In this document: positions 24,401 to 42,598 of the stretch, in pieces
Position numbering within the stretch: the stretch's first letter is position 1
Layout of the letters: the number at the start of each line of letters is the position of its first letter
Source: Macrostomum lignano
Lineage: Eukaryota
Assembly (NCBI GenBank): GCA_002269645.1
Contig: NIVC01001839.1
Span: forward strand, 24,208 to 88,207
DNA: 64,000 bases
Reading direction: 5' to 3'
Notes under the pieces: model-generated
The model's database searches: none
What the model saw: the letters and a program-made list of their open reading frames with translations, nothing else
Told to the model about the DNA's origin: nothing
Program-made: the position numbers and the translations under genes

Positions 24401-25439
24401 AGGCGGACAGGGGGCTTGCGGAACTGGGAGTACGGAACTTGCGGAACTTCCAGTGCTTCACGACTCTGCAAAATATCGGAACAGCTCCGAGTTTGCACAA
24501 ACACAAACTTTCTCACCAAGGTATTTTCTGTCCATCGAATTACCAAGAGAAGAGACCCCCCGATAATTCAATAATTCTCGAGATATTCAATGATTCTTCC
24601 AGGAGGTCGGATTTTAATAATTTAATACACCTTCGTGCTCCAGTGCGGCCTTGCCAAGCCTAAACATTTTGTCAGCACATCGACCACAAGAGCATCAGCT
24701 CTTGACTTCTTTGTCAGTTGGGAAGATGATCCAGGCGGAGCTTCTGGACTTTCAACATACTGTGTATACCGTGTGTTGCGAATTTCTCTATACTTTTGTT
24801 GATCAAACCTTGACAGTGAACAAGCCTTAACTGCTACCGTAAGCATCCCGATCGATTAATCTATTAAGCATTCAACATGTAGATCATCATCCTTCGATGG
24901 CCGGGAGACACCAGGTGACAAATCACACCCTGGTTGCAAACTATGTCAAAATTTTCTTATCAAGCTTAAGAAGCCACAAAGTTATCTGCTGAATCAAACA
25001 GATACAGTAAAAGGTTATTTATTAATTTTAGATGAGATACATATACACATGACTATTTTTCATAGAGTTCATTTCCTCAGTTATTTTTCCAATTTAGGGA
25101 CGACTTATCAGAACCGTTACGTAAATAACGTAAATGGAATCATAAGTAATCAAAGTAATCTATTTAAAGGTAATTAAATGTACTTGTGATCCATGTATTT
25201 CAAGAAACTGCGGATAGGAAAAATGTATAACGCATGAATCATAAGATCGATGGATGCCTTCAATTCATATATATCTACTTGCTAATTTAAAATACATTTA
25301 AAACTTCAGATCTAATCATTTGTGCTTTACATCTGAGTAATAGCCATTTCTAAATCTGTTTAGGATTCCTAGATCCTAAACAGACTTATAAAAACGTACC
25401 CGCGAAACCCAACCTGACCGCTTAATACAATACAAATAT

Positions 25440-25632
25440 CAGGGGCGTATGGAGGGGGGCCTAGGGGGGATGTATCCCCCCCGAAGAGCCTGACCAAAAC
25501 TTTTTTGTTGCCCTGTGTTGCTATACATGCTACCATGTAACTCTGTCATAGCACTTTTACCTTGGTGTATCCCCGCCGTAGAAAATTCACCTTGGTGTAT
25601 CCCCCCGTAGGAAATTCCTGGCTACGCCCCTG
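25440..25632. mobile_element. hAT-type MITE (right copy)
   Basis: CAGGGGCGTA TIRs with a perfect 8-bp TSD ACAAATAT on both sides. Confidence 0.88.
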
Positions 25633-26390
25633 ACAAATATACGAAACTAATACTAATATATGATCTAATACATTGGGGCATAAACATAATAAAATAGGAC
25701 ATTAATTATTAGTATTAATATATTACTGTGTCAATCGGTATAAAAAATAAAACGAATATAATAGTAAATTGTTATACATGTATGACGTTAGCATTAAATC
25801 AAATTTACTGTTTTCGTAGAAGCCTCTACGAAACGTGAAGACGGATAAAGCTTAGAGTGGCACAACACAGCGTTATAAATTTATAAATTATAAATTACTT
25901 TTTGCTTCCCGCGTAAGTCGATTAGCAAGAAAGTGTTTATACTTCGACCAAAAGCAGTTGTAAGTAATGTGCTCTATTTTTGTAATAAGGAATACATTTC
26001 ATATTGACAAGTTCACTATTACGAAAAATAGAAACCTTGCTTTTATCAGTCAAAATGAAAAATTAAATGTAGCTATCATAATATTAGTAGATTCAGAAAC
26101 ATATTAAAAAATTAACTATTTTAGTAAATCTGTGTTGACGTGATATAAGTTTTTTCATAAAACATTTTTTAAAATAAAAGACAACCTGACTAACCACTGA
26201 AAATTTATAGTAAACTCAAATAATTAGAGCATATTTACTTTGCATCCTATTCTGTACTTAACATATGTTAATAAATAGCTAATAAGATAAAAATAAGATC
26301 ACAAATAAAAAATTATCCAAAAATTAAAACTAAAATTATTGCAATACCTTTTTTCTAGAATCACATAACTACGAGCTACTGTTGGAGATA

Positions 26391-29300
26391 ATGGATGAAA
26401 GCTTGTTTGCAGGTAATTATTTATCAATTTAGTTTATGATTTTCTGAAAAAGTATTTCTAAAGTTCATTGACAACAATAAGGAAGTTAAAAAAATATACT
26501 AAAACTAGATTTAACAGTATTACAAAAAAATCAATTTTATACATTTTTTCGACTGTTTTAAACTGACAAGGTCCAAGTGTCCAAGTTAGACTTCTAGACG
26601 AGTCGCGAGGCCTCCCGCTGTTCAGCCACCGGGTTTATTCGATTCGCTGCGGCCACTCCACCACCGAAGGCGTTGTTAGACGCTACAGCGATTTTCGTCG
26701 ACTGCACGAATCGCTGGTGCAGCGTCGGCCTCACTGGCTGATCCCGGAGCTGCCAACGCGTGGCCGGCCGGAGCTGCCGACTCTGCCGGGCGCCAGCGGC
26801 CTGGCGATGAGGCAGCGGCGGCAGCGGCGGCTGTTTCTGGAGGAGCGGGAGGCCGGCCTTCAAGACTACTTGACCGCGCTGCGGCGGCACCCGGTGCTGG
26901 GTCAGGATGCCGAGCTGGAGCACTTTCTGATGCACTGCAACGGAAATGAGGCGCGGGTTGACGCTCCTATTTTTTAATTGCCTAGGGGTGTGCGGTATGG
27001 GATATCTATCTAGTATCCACCCACCTATCTCTGTGTCTGTATCTATCGATCTATCAGATCTATCTACCCATCTGTCTACCTGCCTATCGACTTACCTGCC
27101 TGACGTACCTACTTACTTACCCAACAGGAGACACTATCCTGTCTAACAGGTGACACTATCCTGTCTAACAGGTGACACTATCCTGTCTAACAGGTGACAC
27201 TATCCTGTCTAACAGGTGACACTATCCTGTCTAACAGGTGACACTGTCCTGTCTAACAGGTGACACTATACTGTCTAACAGGTGACACTATCCTGTCTAA
27301 CAGGTGAAACTATCCTGTCTAACAGATGACACTATCCTGTCTAACAGGTGACACTGTCCTGTCTAACAGGTGACACTATCCTGTCTAACAGGTGACACTT
27401 GTATATCAAGTGACACTATCCTGTCTAACTCCTGCTACCTATCTATTTACCTACCTACCTCTGAGGATCTGAGACTATCGGATTTCATGGGACTATCTAG
27501 GATAACTAACTCTACCTGTCTACGTACCTATTGACCTATCTATCTACCTATCTACCGATCTATCTACCAATCTACATACCTATTGTACCAATATTTTTTA
27601 CATATCCGTCATCACCTATGCAGAACTATGCCAAAGCTGTTAATCAGGCTCGGACAGCCGCTGGTGGTTGGGATAGAGATTCCATTGACTTCACCTCAGC
27701 AACTGCCACTCGATCATCCTTCTCTGATGAAGACGGCGACGCCAGCATCGAGTCCTGGATTTCCAGTCAGCGCGAGGCGATCACAGGCAGGTTGAAAATT
27801 CTGGTTGAAATTCGAACCTGCTTGGACCGACATCGCGAAGCCGCTCTCGCTGCCGCCGGCGCTATTCGATGTATCGCCGAAAAGTTGCCTCCCAAATTGT
27901 CTGCTGCTAGTAGCTTGATTGAAGGAGACGCACTCGCGGTTGATGATGGAGCTCTGCTGAGAGCGGCTGACGAGACGTCGGAGAGATGCGAAGCTGAGTG
28001 GTTGGCCAGTCAGTCCATAGACTGTCTGCAGATGATGCTGGTGGGATATCTGGTGAGATTGGGATGTCTAGGGTAGAGAGAATAGGATGTCTAGGGTAGG
28101 GAGAGTGGGATGTCTAGGGTAGGGAGAGTGGAATATCTAGGGTGGGGAGAGTGGGGTGTCTATGGTAGGGAGAGTGGAATATCTAGGGTAGGGAGAGTGG
28201 AATATCTAGGGTAGGGAGAGTGGAATATCTAGGGTAGGGAGAGTGGTTTGTCTATGGTAAGGATAGTGGGGATGTCTAGGGTAGGGAGAGTGGAATATCT
28301 AGGGTAGGGAGAGTGGGGTGTCTATGGTAGGGATAGTGGGGATGTCTAGGGTAGGGAGAGTGGAATATCTAGGGTAGGGAGAGTGGAATATCTAGGGTAG
28401 GGAGAGTGGGATGTCTAGGGTAGGGAGAGTGGAATATCTAGGGTAGGGAGAGTGGAATATCTAGGGTAGGGAGAGTGGGATGTCTAGGGTAGGGAGAGTG
28501 GAATATCTAGGGTAGGGAGAGTGGAATATCTAGGGTAGGGAGAGTGGGATGTCTAGGGTAGGGAGAGTGGAATATCTAGGGTAGGGAGAGTGGAATATCT
28601 AGGGTAGGGAGAGTGGGATGTCTAGGGTAGGGAGAGTGGAATATCTAGGGTAGGGAGAGTGGAATATCTAGGGTAGGGAGAGTGGGGTGTCTATGGTAGG
28701 GATAGTGGGGATGTCTAGGGTAGGGAGAGTGGGATGTCTAGGGTAGGGAGAGTGGAATATCTAGGGTAGGGAGAGTGGAATATCTAGGGTAGGGAGAGTT
28801 GGGTGTCTATGGTAGGGATAGTGGGGATGTCTAGGGTAGGGATAGTGGAATATCTAGGGTAGGGAGAGTGGAATATCTAGGGTAGGGAGAGAGAATCGGG
28901 AATATTTTGACTACAGAGAATGGGATATCTATATTGAAATTGGATATCCTGGACTGTCGACAGTGACAGCCAATTAAAAAAACTTGTTCCAAACATTTTT
29001 CCCAGCGTCTTCACGATCGTCTGACCTCAACTGCCGCGACCGCCAGCTCGAGTGGAGGGTCTGCAAAGACGACTGCACTGCGACTTGTGCGCGACCGATT
29101 GCGACTGGAGAGCGGCCCCATCAATGCTCTGGGAGGCTGGCAGCTGCGGCAGCTGCTGCTTCAGGTGGTTGGAGTGCAGCTGCAGGGGAATCTGTTTGTG
29201 AGTGATCTTTTTGTTTTTTTGTTTATTTAAAAGCTTGTTTATTTAAAACTAATAATTCAAGTCTCGAAACTTCTATCCTTGACTTGAGAGAGTCACTCTG

Positions 29301-31383
29301 CAGTCATAAATCGTCCTGATCCTGAAGTTTTAAATTCTCTGAATCCTGAAGTCCAAATCCTCAGATCCTGAAGTCCCGATCCTCAGATCCTGAAGTCTCA
29401 CCAATCCTCAGACCCTGAAGTCCCAATCTTCAGATCCCGAAGTCCCGATCCTCAGAACCTGAAGTCCCGATCCTTAGATCCTGAAGTCCCACCAATCCTC
29501 AAACCCTGAAGTCTCGATCCTGAGATCCTGAAGTCCCAATCCTCAGATCCTGAAGTCCCGATCCTCAGATCCTGGAGTCCCGATCCTCAGATCCTGAAGT
29601 CCCAATCCTTAGATCCTTAAGTCCCGATCCTCAGATCCTGAAGTCCCACCAATCCTCAAACCCTGAAGTCTCGATCCTGAGATCCTGAAGTCCCAATCCT
29701 CAGATCCTGAAGTCCCGATCCTCAGATCCTGGAGTCCCGATCCTCAGATCCTGAAGTCTCACCAATCCTCAGACCCTGAAGTCCCGATCTTCAGATCCCG
29801 AAGTCCCGATCCTCAGAACTTGAAGTCCCGATCCTTAGATCCTGAAGTCCCACCAATCCTCAAACCCTGAAGTCTCGATCCTGAGATCCTGAAGTCCCAA
29901 TCCTCAGATCCTGAAGTCCCGATCCTCAGATCGTGGAGTCCCGATCCTCAGATCCTGGAGTCCCGATCCTCAGATCCTGAAGTCCCAATCCTCAGATCCT
30001 GAAGTCCCGATCCTCAGATCCTGGAGTCCCGATCCTCAGATCCTGAAGTCCCAATCCTTAGATCCTTAAGTCCCGATCCTCAGATCCTGAAGTCTCACCA
30101 ATCCTCAGACCCTGAAGTCCCGATCTTCAGATCCCGAAGTCCCGATCCTCTGAACTTGAAGTCCCGATCCTTAGATCCTGAAGTCCCACCAATCCTCAAA
30201 CCCTGAAGTCCCGATCCTCAAACCCTGAAGTCCCGATCCTCAGACCCTGAAGTCCCGATCTTCAGATCCCGAAGTCCCGATCCTCAGATCCTCAAGTCTC
30301 ACCAATCCTCAGACCCTGAAGTCCCGATCTTCAGATCCCGAAGTCCCGATTCTCAGATCCTGAAGTCTCACCAATACTCAGACCCTGTAGTCCCGATCTT
30401 CAGATCCCGAAGTCCCGATTCTCAGATCCTGAAGTCCCGATCCTTAGATCCTGAAGTCCCAATCCTTAGATCCTTAAGTCCCGATCCTCAGATCCTGAAG
30501 TCTCACCAATCCTCAGACCTTGAAGTCCCGATCTTCAGATCCCGAAGTCCCGATCCTCAGAACTTGAAGTCCCGATCCTTAGATCCTGAAGTCCCGATCC
30601 TCAGATCCTGAAGTCTCACCAATCCTCAGACCCTGTAGTCCCGATCTTCAGATCCCGAAGTCCCGATTCTCAGATCCTGAAGTCCCGATCCTTAGATCCT
30701 TAAGTCTCAATCCTTAGATCCTCAAGTCCCAGCAATCCTCAAACCCTGAAGTCTCGATCCTTAGATCCTGAAGTCCCGATCCTTAGACCATGTAGTCCCG
30801 ATCCTCAGATCCTGGAGTCCCGATCCTCAGATCCTGAAGTCCCAATCCTTAGATCCTTAAGTCCCGATCCTCAGACCCTGAAGTCCCGATCTTCAGATCC
30901 CGAAGTCCCGATCCTCAGAACTTGAAGTCCCGATCCTTAGATCCTGAAGTCCCGATCCTCAGATCCTGAAGTCCCACCAATCCTCAAACCCTGAAGTCCC
31001 GATCCTCAGACCCTGAAGTCCCGATCTTCAGATCCCGAAGTCCCGATCCTCAGATCCTGAAGTCTCACCAATCCTCAGAACCTGAAGTCCCGATCTTCAG
31101 ATCCCGAAGTCCCGATCCTCAGATCCTGAAGTCCCGATCCTTAGACCATGAAGTCCCGCGATCCTTCAGATCCTGAAGTTCCGATTCTCAGATCCTGAAA
31201 TCCCAATCCTCTGACCCAGAAATCTCAATCCTCAGACCCAGAAATCCCAATCCTCAGACCCAGAAATCCGAATCCTCAGACCCTGAAGTCAAGTAAAACA
31301 GAAAGTAAAAAAATCGATTTTCACAGCTTCGGGACAGTTGGCAATCGACTGAAGACGACTGGAAGGAAGAATGGACCAATTGA
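26391..31383 (+). CDS. Sorting-nexin-like PX + BAR-like protein, 361 aa, right copy; exons 26391-26412, 26571-26956, 27624-28052, 29006-29197, 31327-31383
   Basis: MDESLFAG|PSVQVRLLDESRGLPLFSHRVYSIRCG...RRYSDF; GT-AG introns in compatible phases; ends LRDSWQSTEDDWKEEWTN-TGA. Confidence 0.82.
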
Positions 31384-32747
31384 TTGATCATTCTGACGAC
31401 TTGATGTTTATTCGTCTTTCTAAGAAAGCCTTTTAATTATTCTGAATGAGTCCGATTTCAGAGACTGTGCTTAAAAAATCAGATCAATTTCTTCACCAGT
31501 ATTATGATTTTGTAATAAATATACTATGAATTAATAAGCATTCATCATATTTTTTTATTTTTTGAGCAAAAAAAATTTTAAAGCTACTTGTTAAGTAGCA
31601 TGGCCCGCACTTGCGTTCGCACACTTCTTACCATACTCGCGGTCTTCCATCTTGAATTTAATGCACTTCGTTTTTAGACGGTTGCAAGAAATTTTCGTTT
31701 TAATTTGCGATAATTTTTTATATAAACAAAGTACAATTCTTTCATTTAAAATTCAAAAGCTCCGAAGGTTCAAAGAAGAAAACCTTTTCGCGGAGTCCTT
31801 TCTACGATCGTACATGTACTTTAGCCGTCCATGATTAACCGTCCTCTGTTAGCAGACAGCCGCACACATTTACATGTATTATGTAGTCTAACCTATGCAG
31901 AAAGTGACTAAATGAAAATTTTAATTTGCGTTTCCCACAGTCCATGAATAAATACTAGCGAGCATATTCCTCAGAGAATATAAGCAGCAAGCCATGAGAC
32001 GTACTTGGGCGGCCATCCTCGAGTTCTTATCAAAGTTTCTCTTTTTCCTCTTCGCATTCGGTTATTTGATCAATTCTTTTGTTGATTAATCTATTGATAA
32101 AACTAGCAGATTAAGGTATTGCCAGAATATAAGAGGCCTTCCATCTTGATTTATTCGCACAGTGAAGAAAATATACATAATATCAATCCGTTTATCTACC
32201 GGCTTTAGCGAGGTGATAAAACTACCATGCAGGAATCGATGCGAATAATTAACAACTATAGCTGCCTTTATACTTATACATGTAGCTAAATCATTTATAT
32301 AGAAATCAATGTTCAGACGGCTTATCGGAATTAACTAAGTCTCTCTCTCTCCCTGTCACGGCGTTCAAGATGCTGAGATAACGCCTTTGGACTGCCTGAC
32401 TGAGTGATGATGCGCTGCCATCTGCATGGCTGCCCCAGCTCAAACCCCATCATCGCCCGTCCAAATAGCGTTGAGGCGGAATTTCCCAGCTCTCATCAAG
32501 CGGAACTGAACTCTCTTCCTCCATGACTTGACGAAATCAGCTGTATGGAGATGATTGCGGAGTTCAGCTGCTCAGGTGCCTCTCTCCCTCTGGCTCCCGC
32601 TGCATCACATCTGCCACTTCACGGCTCTTCCTGCAACCAACTGGCTTAACCCGAACTTTTCTCCCCGCGGTTCTTAGAAGATTGCTGTTGCATGCTTCAG
32701 CGATCTCTTTTCAGCTGCTTGCATGCAACATTTTTGATGCCCTCCAA

Positions 32748-35893
<3,146 letters not shown>

Positions 35894-37320
35894 TCAACGC
35901 CCTATTGGCTTTGTCTCTCCTATCTCTCTTAGCGTACTTTTGTTGAACGATGCCTTGCATTTTATCCAAATGAGAAAAAGTATTCCTCAAACAACAGCCT
36001 CAAAGCTCCGAAGTCGATTAAAAAGCATTTAGGAGCAAGCTGAATCGGTTCTGATGTATCCTGATCGATTTGCATGATGTCTGGGCGGCTCGGTCAGTCT
36101 CTCGATCCTGTCAAAAAATTGAGAGCGGACCGGACAGACAGTCAGACTATAAACAAGTCAAACGATATGATTTTAAAAGCATGTTCTATTGACCCAGAAT
36201 TACGTCTGTTTTTCCAGCAATTTTAAAAGACTCTTATCTAGAAACGTAGATACCTACTTCGCATTGCTCAATAGCATATTAGATTGGCTAACTAGATGGA
36301 CCCTTGGCGGCCAAGATCAAACAAATCCGCTAATGCGATTTTTGGTCGCATAAAGAGCTGGTCACGGTCGATGCTAATAGACATGGAATCTAATATAAAA
36401 ACAATGGCTGTTTTACGGCTGTTGTGTTACTATTGAAGTTAAATTTTATTTTAGATTTATGATGATAAGTCCACTATTAAGGCCTATAGGAGTAATAAAA
36501 AATAATTTGCTGACTGCTAAAAATTTTTCTCATACAATATAATGGCAATTAATTTTATCTATTATTCCACAGGTGCTCCCCAATGTACACCGTCACGTGG
36601 CTATCCAACAACCATTCTTAAATTTTGTGTGGAATGAGGAAACCTGTGCTGGATTTTATGATCTATGAATTATTATGTCGGTGGGAGGGACAAAGGCATA
36701 TTTGCAATTGTTAAGCATTTGTGTAATGCAGTTTACGGCTAAGGCGGCGCTGTCCCGTATAGAAAATATTTTTTCGTTTTATAGATAAGATGCAGCATAT
36801 AGAAATTCGGCTGTCTATCCAGACTCCCGGTAAGCCCATCATCAATCAAGCCGTCAAGTTATTTAATTTAGCGGTAAAAACCATCACTTATTTTAATTAA
36901 CAATTCCTTGCCTCATTTATTTCTTCAGCACTTGTAACATCAGGTGCTGGTCATGAAATTATGGGATGCGAGGGATTCTAGGGCTTCCTGTTGAAGACAG
37001 GCAAAAGCCCCCACCACTCTGATGATAGTTGATAGCTCAGGCGTGCCTCTTTCCATCCTTTCCTGGGAAGGCGTCGAATTTATTCTTCGCAAATTGCTTC
37101 TCTCCGTCATTTCTTGACCGGGTTTTTCATTTTATATTATTTTCGTTCAGTCAAAGGCGAAGGTAGCCAGATCTAGAAGTTGGAGATTAGATAGCAGTCA
37201 AATAGCATCGAAGTTGCACTTTTAAAAAATAATGTTAGCCAGCGAGAAATTTCTGTTTACGAGTGGCGACTTGCAACTTTTTCTACACTTTGCAGTTTCG
37301 AGCAAATTATTTGGCAAGAT

Positions 37321-37497
37321 TAAATATATGTTAATAAATATATGTTAATAAATATATGTTAATAAATATATGTTAATAAATATATGTTAATAAATATATG
37401 TTAATAAATATATGTTAATAAATATATGTTAATAAATATATGTTAATAAATATATGTTAATAAATATATGTTAATAAATATATGTTAATAAATATAT
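37321..37497 (-). repeat. 14-bp TSD-derived array x12 (right arm)
   Basis: GTTAATAAATATAT units at 37330-37497. Confidence 0.97.
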
Positions 37498-37498
37498 T

Positions 37499-39754
37499 TA
37501 TTTTAAGACGCAGAGGGGAGGCCACTTGCGCGCACGCGTTCGCAGAACAGGCCGGAGGGGCAGGCAGCAGCAGCCTGAGGGGTCAGGTCAAACGCCTGAA
37601 AGTCAGCGATGAGGCAGTCCGTTAGAGTGGCAGTGCGGGCCTGGACGCGGCGGAATTGCTCGGTCGGCCGGTCCAGCATGGCCAGGGCCAGCGGGACGGG
37701 CGCGCCGCGACCCAGGGTCCGTAGGCAGTGGCCCAGAAGCATCTGGCTCAGGGTGCTGCTGAGCTCTGCCGATCGCTCAGGGGCGGCGTCCCAGCGCGGG
37801 CCATCAGAGCGTTGGTCGGCAGGCGATCCGGGTAGCGCACGCCTAGCGCGTAGCGCAGCAGCGATCGGCAGAGCGCTCAGGGCTCTTACTTACTTACTTA
37901 CTACCGACGGGGGGCAGAGCGCCGCGATTAGGCCGCAAGGCCCCTATCGCAACATCAAGCTAAAAACAGAAAGGCGTTAGCCTTGGGGCTGCGCCCACCC
38001 CTCGTCGGCAGCAGAAGAGCTCGCGAGAGTGGCGTCTGCGATCTTCATCCGCCCAAAATCCCGAACGAATGCGCGCAGGTCACGGATCCGGTCCGGAGTG
38101 GTGAGCTCGTCCAGCCTTAGCGGGTGACCGAGGTTACGTCTCCGCGCCTTGTTGAAGTGCGGGCAGAAAGTGACGTGGTGCGTCGAGGTTTCCTCCTCTA
38201 GATCACAGAATGGGCAGATGGGGGGAGCAACCACTTTGCAGTGAAATATGTCTCTGGAAGAAGCCATGGCCAGTGATGACCATGCACATCTCCCTGAGGT
38301 CAGTTTTACTTAAGGAGATTAGATATTCGGATACTTTCAGGTTTATGACAGGCATTGCGATTCGCGTTTGCCGATATTCGGAGCAGCTGTTCCAGTGAAC
38401 CTGGTGCTGGCGGTTCAGCCACTCTTGAATGGCGCGATTGACTGATGATTTCGGAGAAGGCAACTTGACTGGGCGTTGCGCTCCGCCGGGGGTGCAACCC
38501 CGCTTGGCGAGTTGATCTACCAGCTCATTGCCGAGGATGTTGCTGTGGCCTGGTGTCCAGATCTCGCTCTCGCGTCTCGGTCAGCGGCACAGCCTCCATG
38601 CCGTACAGCAGGATCGGCTCGACGGCCGCGCGGAACAGGCGCACCTTCAGGTCGTCTCTGGCAGCTAAATTAAAAACGTTCCTGAGGAGGATAGATAGTA
38701 CCGGAAAACCTCGCACACCGCGATGCGGTCGCCATTGGGCAGCGTAAGAGCTGGGGCGGTATTCGTGCCCACGTGCAGCGCCTTCGTCTTGCGAGCGTTC
38801 ACCACCAGCCCAACACGGGCACCCTCGTCGCAAAGCCTTATGAGAGCGCGCTGAGCCGCAGCTGGGTCGCGGCAGAGCAGCACGATGTCGTCAGCATACG
38901 CGAGAGCGGGAAGCGAAACAGCAGGATGTCTGGAGCTTCGGCGTGTGACCAGCAAGTAGCTGTCATCCTCGCGGAGGAACCGACGAAGCACGTAGTCCAC
39001 AACCAAGAGGAAAAGCAGAGGAGCCAGCGTGTCGCCCTGAAGGAAGCCTGAGCTGGTGCTGAACTCTTCTGTGGGGCCGTCGCTCGACATGTACAAAAGC
39101 CCTGGAGTCGCGGTAGAGGTCCACCACGGCACTCACCAGCGCAGCAGGCACGTCATAATGCGATAAAAGCCCCGCAATTGCAGGCCTGGACACCGAGTCA
39201 AACGCCTTGCGAGAGTCGACGAAGATGATTGACACGGAGCGCTGGCGGGTCTTGCAGGCCTCGATGACAGAGCGGATGGTGGCAACCTGCTCGGTGGTGG
39301 ACCTGCCCCGGGCGGAAGCCGCTTTGGAGGCTCAGCAGCAGCGGGTTGCGCAGAGTCGCGTTCAGCAGCTTCGGCGTTGTGCACTCCAGCGCGATGCCCC
39401 GCTGGTTGTCCAGGCTGGTGGAGGCGCCTTTCTTTGGGATGGAGACAATCTTGGAGGTGCGCCATTGCTGAGAAGCTGAGGCGGTCTCGTTGCCTCCAAG
39501 GCTGCAGTGCTTGTTCAGCAGGCTGGTGATGATCGGGGTGAGCTCGCACAGCTTCAGGACCCTGGGAGGGATGGCGTCCATCCCAGCGACAGCATCAGCT
39601 CGCATGGTCCTCAGTGCTCGGTCAACCTCGCCTGCAGTGATGGGGCCGGTGTTGAAGGCGCCTGGCTGGGCTGGAGCGAAGTCTGGGATTGGCAGAAGAG
39701 GCGCAGTTGGAGCGGGCGCGTTGAGCACCTCGCGGTAGTGGGCGGCCAGTCCTT
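37499..39754 (-). mobile_element. RTE-a (right copy), interrupted by a LINE fragment
   Basis: Mirror of 3432-4999 with the same internal deletion; 5' TSD TGTTAATAAATATATTTA at 39755-39772. Confidence 0.92.
37877..38554 (-). mobile_element. Right-arm-specific 5'-truncated LINE 3' end (RNase H tail + CCHC finger + (TAAG)n tail)
   Basis: [48 protein letters not shown]; tail tagtaagtaagtaagtaag at 37885-37903. Absent from the left arm. Confidence 0.9.
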
Positions 39755-40467
39755 TGTTAATAAATATATTTATATAATGCGTTTGTTATGAATAGGGATA
39801 TGAATTCTGAATTGTGACTGTATACCGTGACAACTAATTAGAAATGATGAATCTTAAATAGGAATTACAAATATGAACAAAGAATATGAACCACGAATAT
39901 GAACAATGAATATGAATCACAAATATGAATTATGGATTTGAAGCACGAATATGAAATATGCATATTAATCACGAATATGAATTATAAATGTGAATCACAT
40001 AGCTATATGACTATGAATACGAAGATGTCGAATATTACTTGAATTTCACTCCGGGATCCAGACTCTTCTAGGGTCGGTTAATTTTATTGGCCACACTTTT
40101 CTCTCCCAGCGGACAGTTCGGGTGAGATGGGTTAGAACTGATTCAAATTCAGGCTGCACTCGACTGCGAATGCAACACGTCAGTTCCTCGTTACGATTTT
40201 TCCTCATTATTGCAACGAAAATCAGCTTGTGGCAACAGCAAATTGGTGCACAGTTGGGCGCACTTTTCGTAATGAAAATCTATGAAAAATGGTAGATTGC
40301 AAGTGACAGAGAAGATTTGAAATTCCTCCACTGCAGCTGACAACCGCTTGATTCCAGCGGATATCCTTGGATCTCTCTATCAGAACACTTCTCAGTTCCT
40401 TTTCGCGATTATGCATTCAGCAGTGCGTCTGACAGCCCAGCAAGTATGTGACTCTAAGAATGGCGGG

Positions 40468-41181
<714 letters not shown>

Positions 41182-42598
41182 GGCCTCGCTTTCTAACACT
41201 CTTACTACAGAGAGTGAAGCCCAGCCGTGTCCTCTTCATTCTGAATAATTTATTCAAATCAGTACGCTCTTATCTTCGCCACAGTCGCCGCTCTCAATGT
41301 GCAGTGAGCCCTTAGCTTGATGACGATCGCGGACGAAAATTTGAGCTGTTGCCTGAAGGGGATTCTGATTAAAAGAAAAATTGCCCTCAGCCGATAGTGA
41401 AGTGCTATCGAGAGTGCTGACTGCAACCGCAATTTGTCACTGACGCTCACAGTTGTCTGCATCATGAGCGTCGATCCATAATGTAGAGTGCCTCTGTTTG
41501 TGTTGGACATCTGGTCGATTTTCACAAAAAGCAGTACACTCAATGGGCAAAGCTGACGTTGTGGGATTCGACCCTAATAATGGTTCCTACTCCTAGTAAA
41601 AAAACTCATGATCTCCCCATGTCGTTCAGATTATATACGTTCTTTCTATTTTTCGTCCTCTATTTTACTACATTTGGGTTTTTTCTACATTTTCAATTCC
41701 ACTCCACAGTTTCTGCCTAATGAGCCGGCTTACTGAGCTCACTGTTCGTTTCGCGACATCTCATTTTACTGTCTACCCTTCAGCCGTATCTTATTGGTTG
41801 GCTGACTGTACACTCCTTTCCCACTTATCAACATTTCTGTGCCTACTTTTCTACCCCTCAGCTTTCTCTCATTGGCTGGCTCACAGCACGTTCCTTTCCC
41901 ACTATCAACCCCTCTGCACCTCTACCCCTCAGCTTGCTCTTATTGGCTGGATCACTGTACGCTCGTTTCCCACTTATCAACACTTCTGCGTCTACCCTTC
42001 TAACTCTCAGCTTGCTCTCATTGGCTGGCTCACAGCACGCTCTCCCATACTATCTTCCTCTCCCATCCTAAAATCAGTACACGGCTGTAATCAAATAACA
42101 GTAAATAAGATTTAGTAAGAGTAGGGAAAGCAATCTAATTATATATTCATATATTTCGATTTTTACTTTTGGTACGCGTGAAATATCTAAATAAGAGTAT
42201 ACACATCATGCACAGCCTTCCAAACTCTTACAATTTCTTTCAGGTTAGGATAGGTTGCAAGATTTGGTTGACTACCGGGCTAAAATAACAACTGAAGCTG
42301 TAGTCTAGAGTAAGCAGAGAATTAAAAGAGACTATTTAAATGTGCCAACAAACTTATTTAAGTATTTAAGGTAACAAACCTAAATATTCGTTAAATATTT
42401 CAATATCGTAAATGGTAAATTAGCATAAAAATAGTCGGGTCTTTTTTGCTACGGATTCTCAGTTCTTTAAAAATGTTTCACTTCAGACATTCAGTGGTCT
42501 GAAATTGTGACTTACAACTCCTTACGTCTGTATTTACAAAATTTACCCAAGTAGCTACTGCAGGTTGCTACTCAGCGATAAAGATACAAGTGGTTAAT

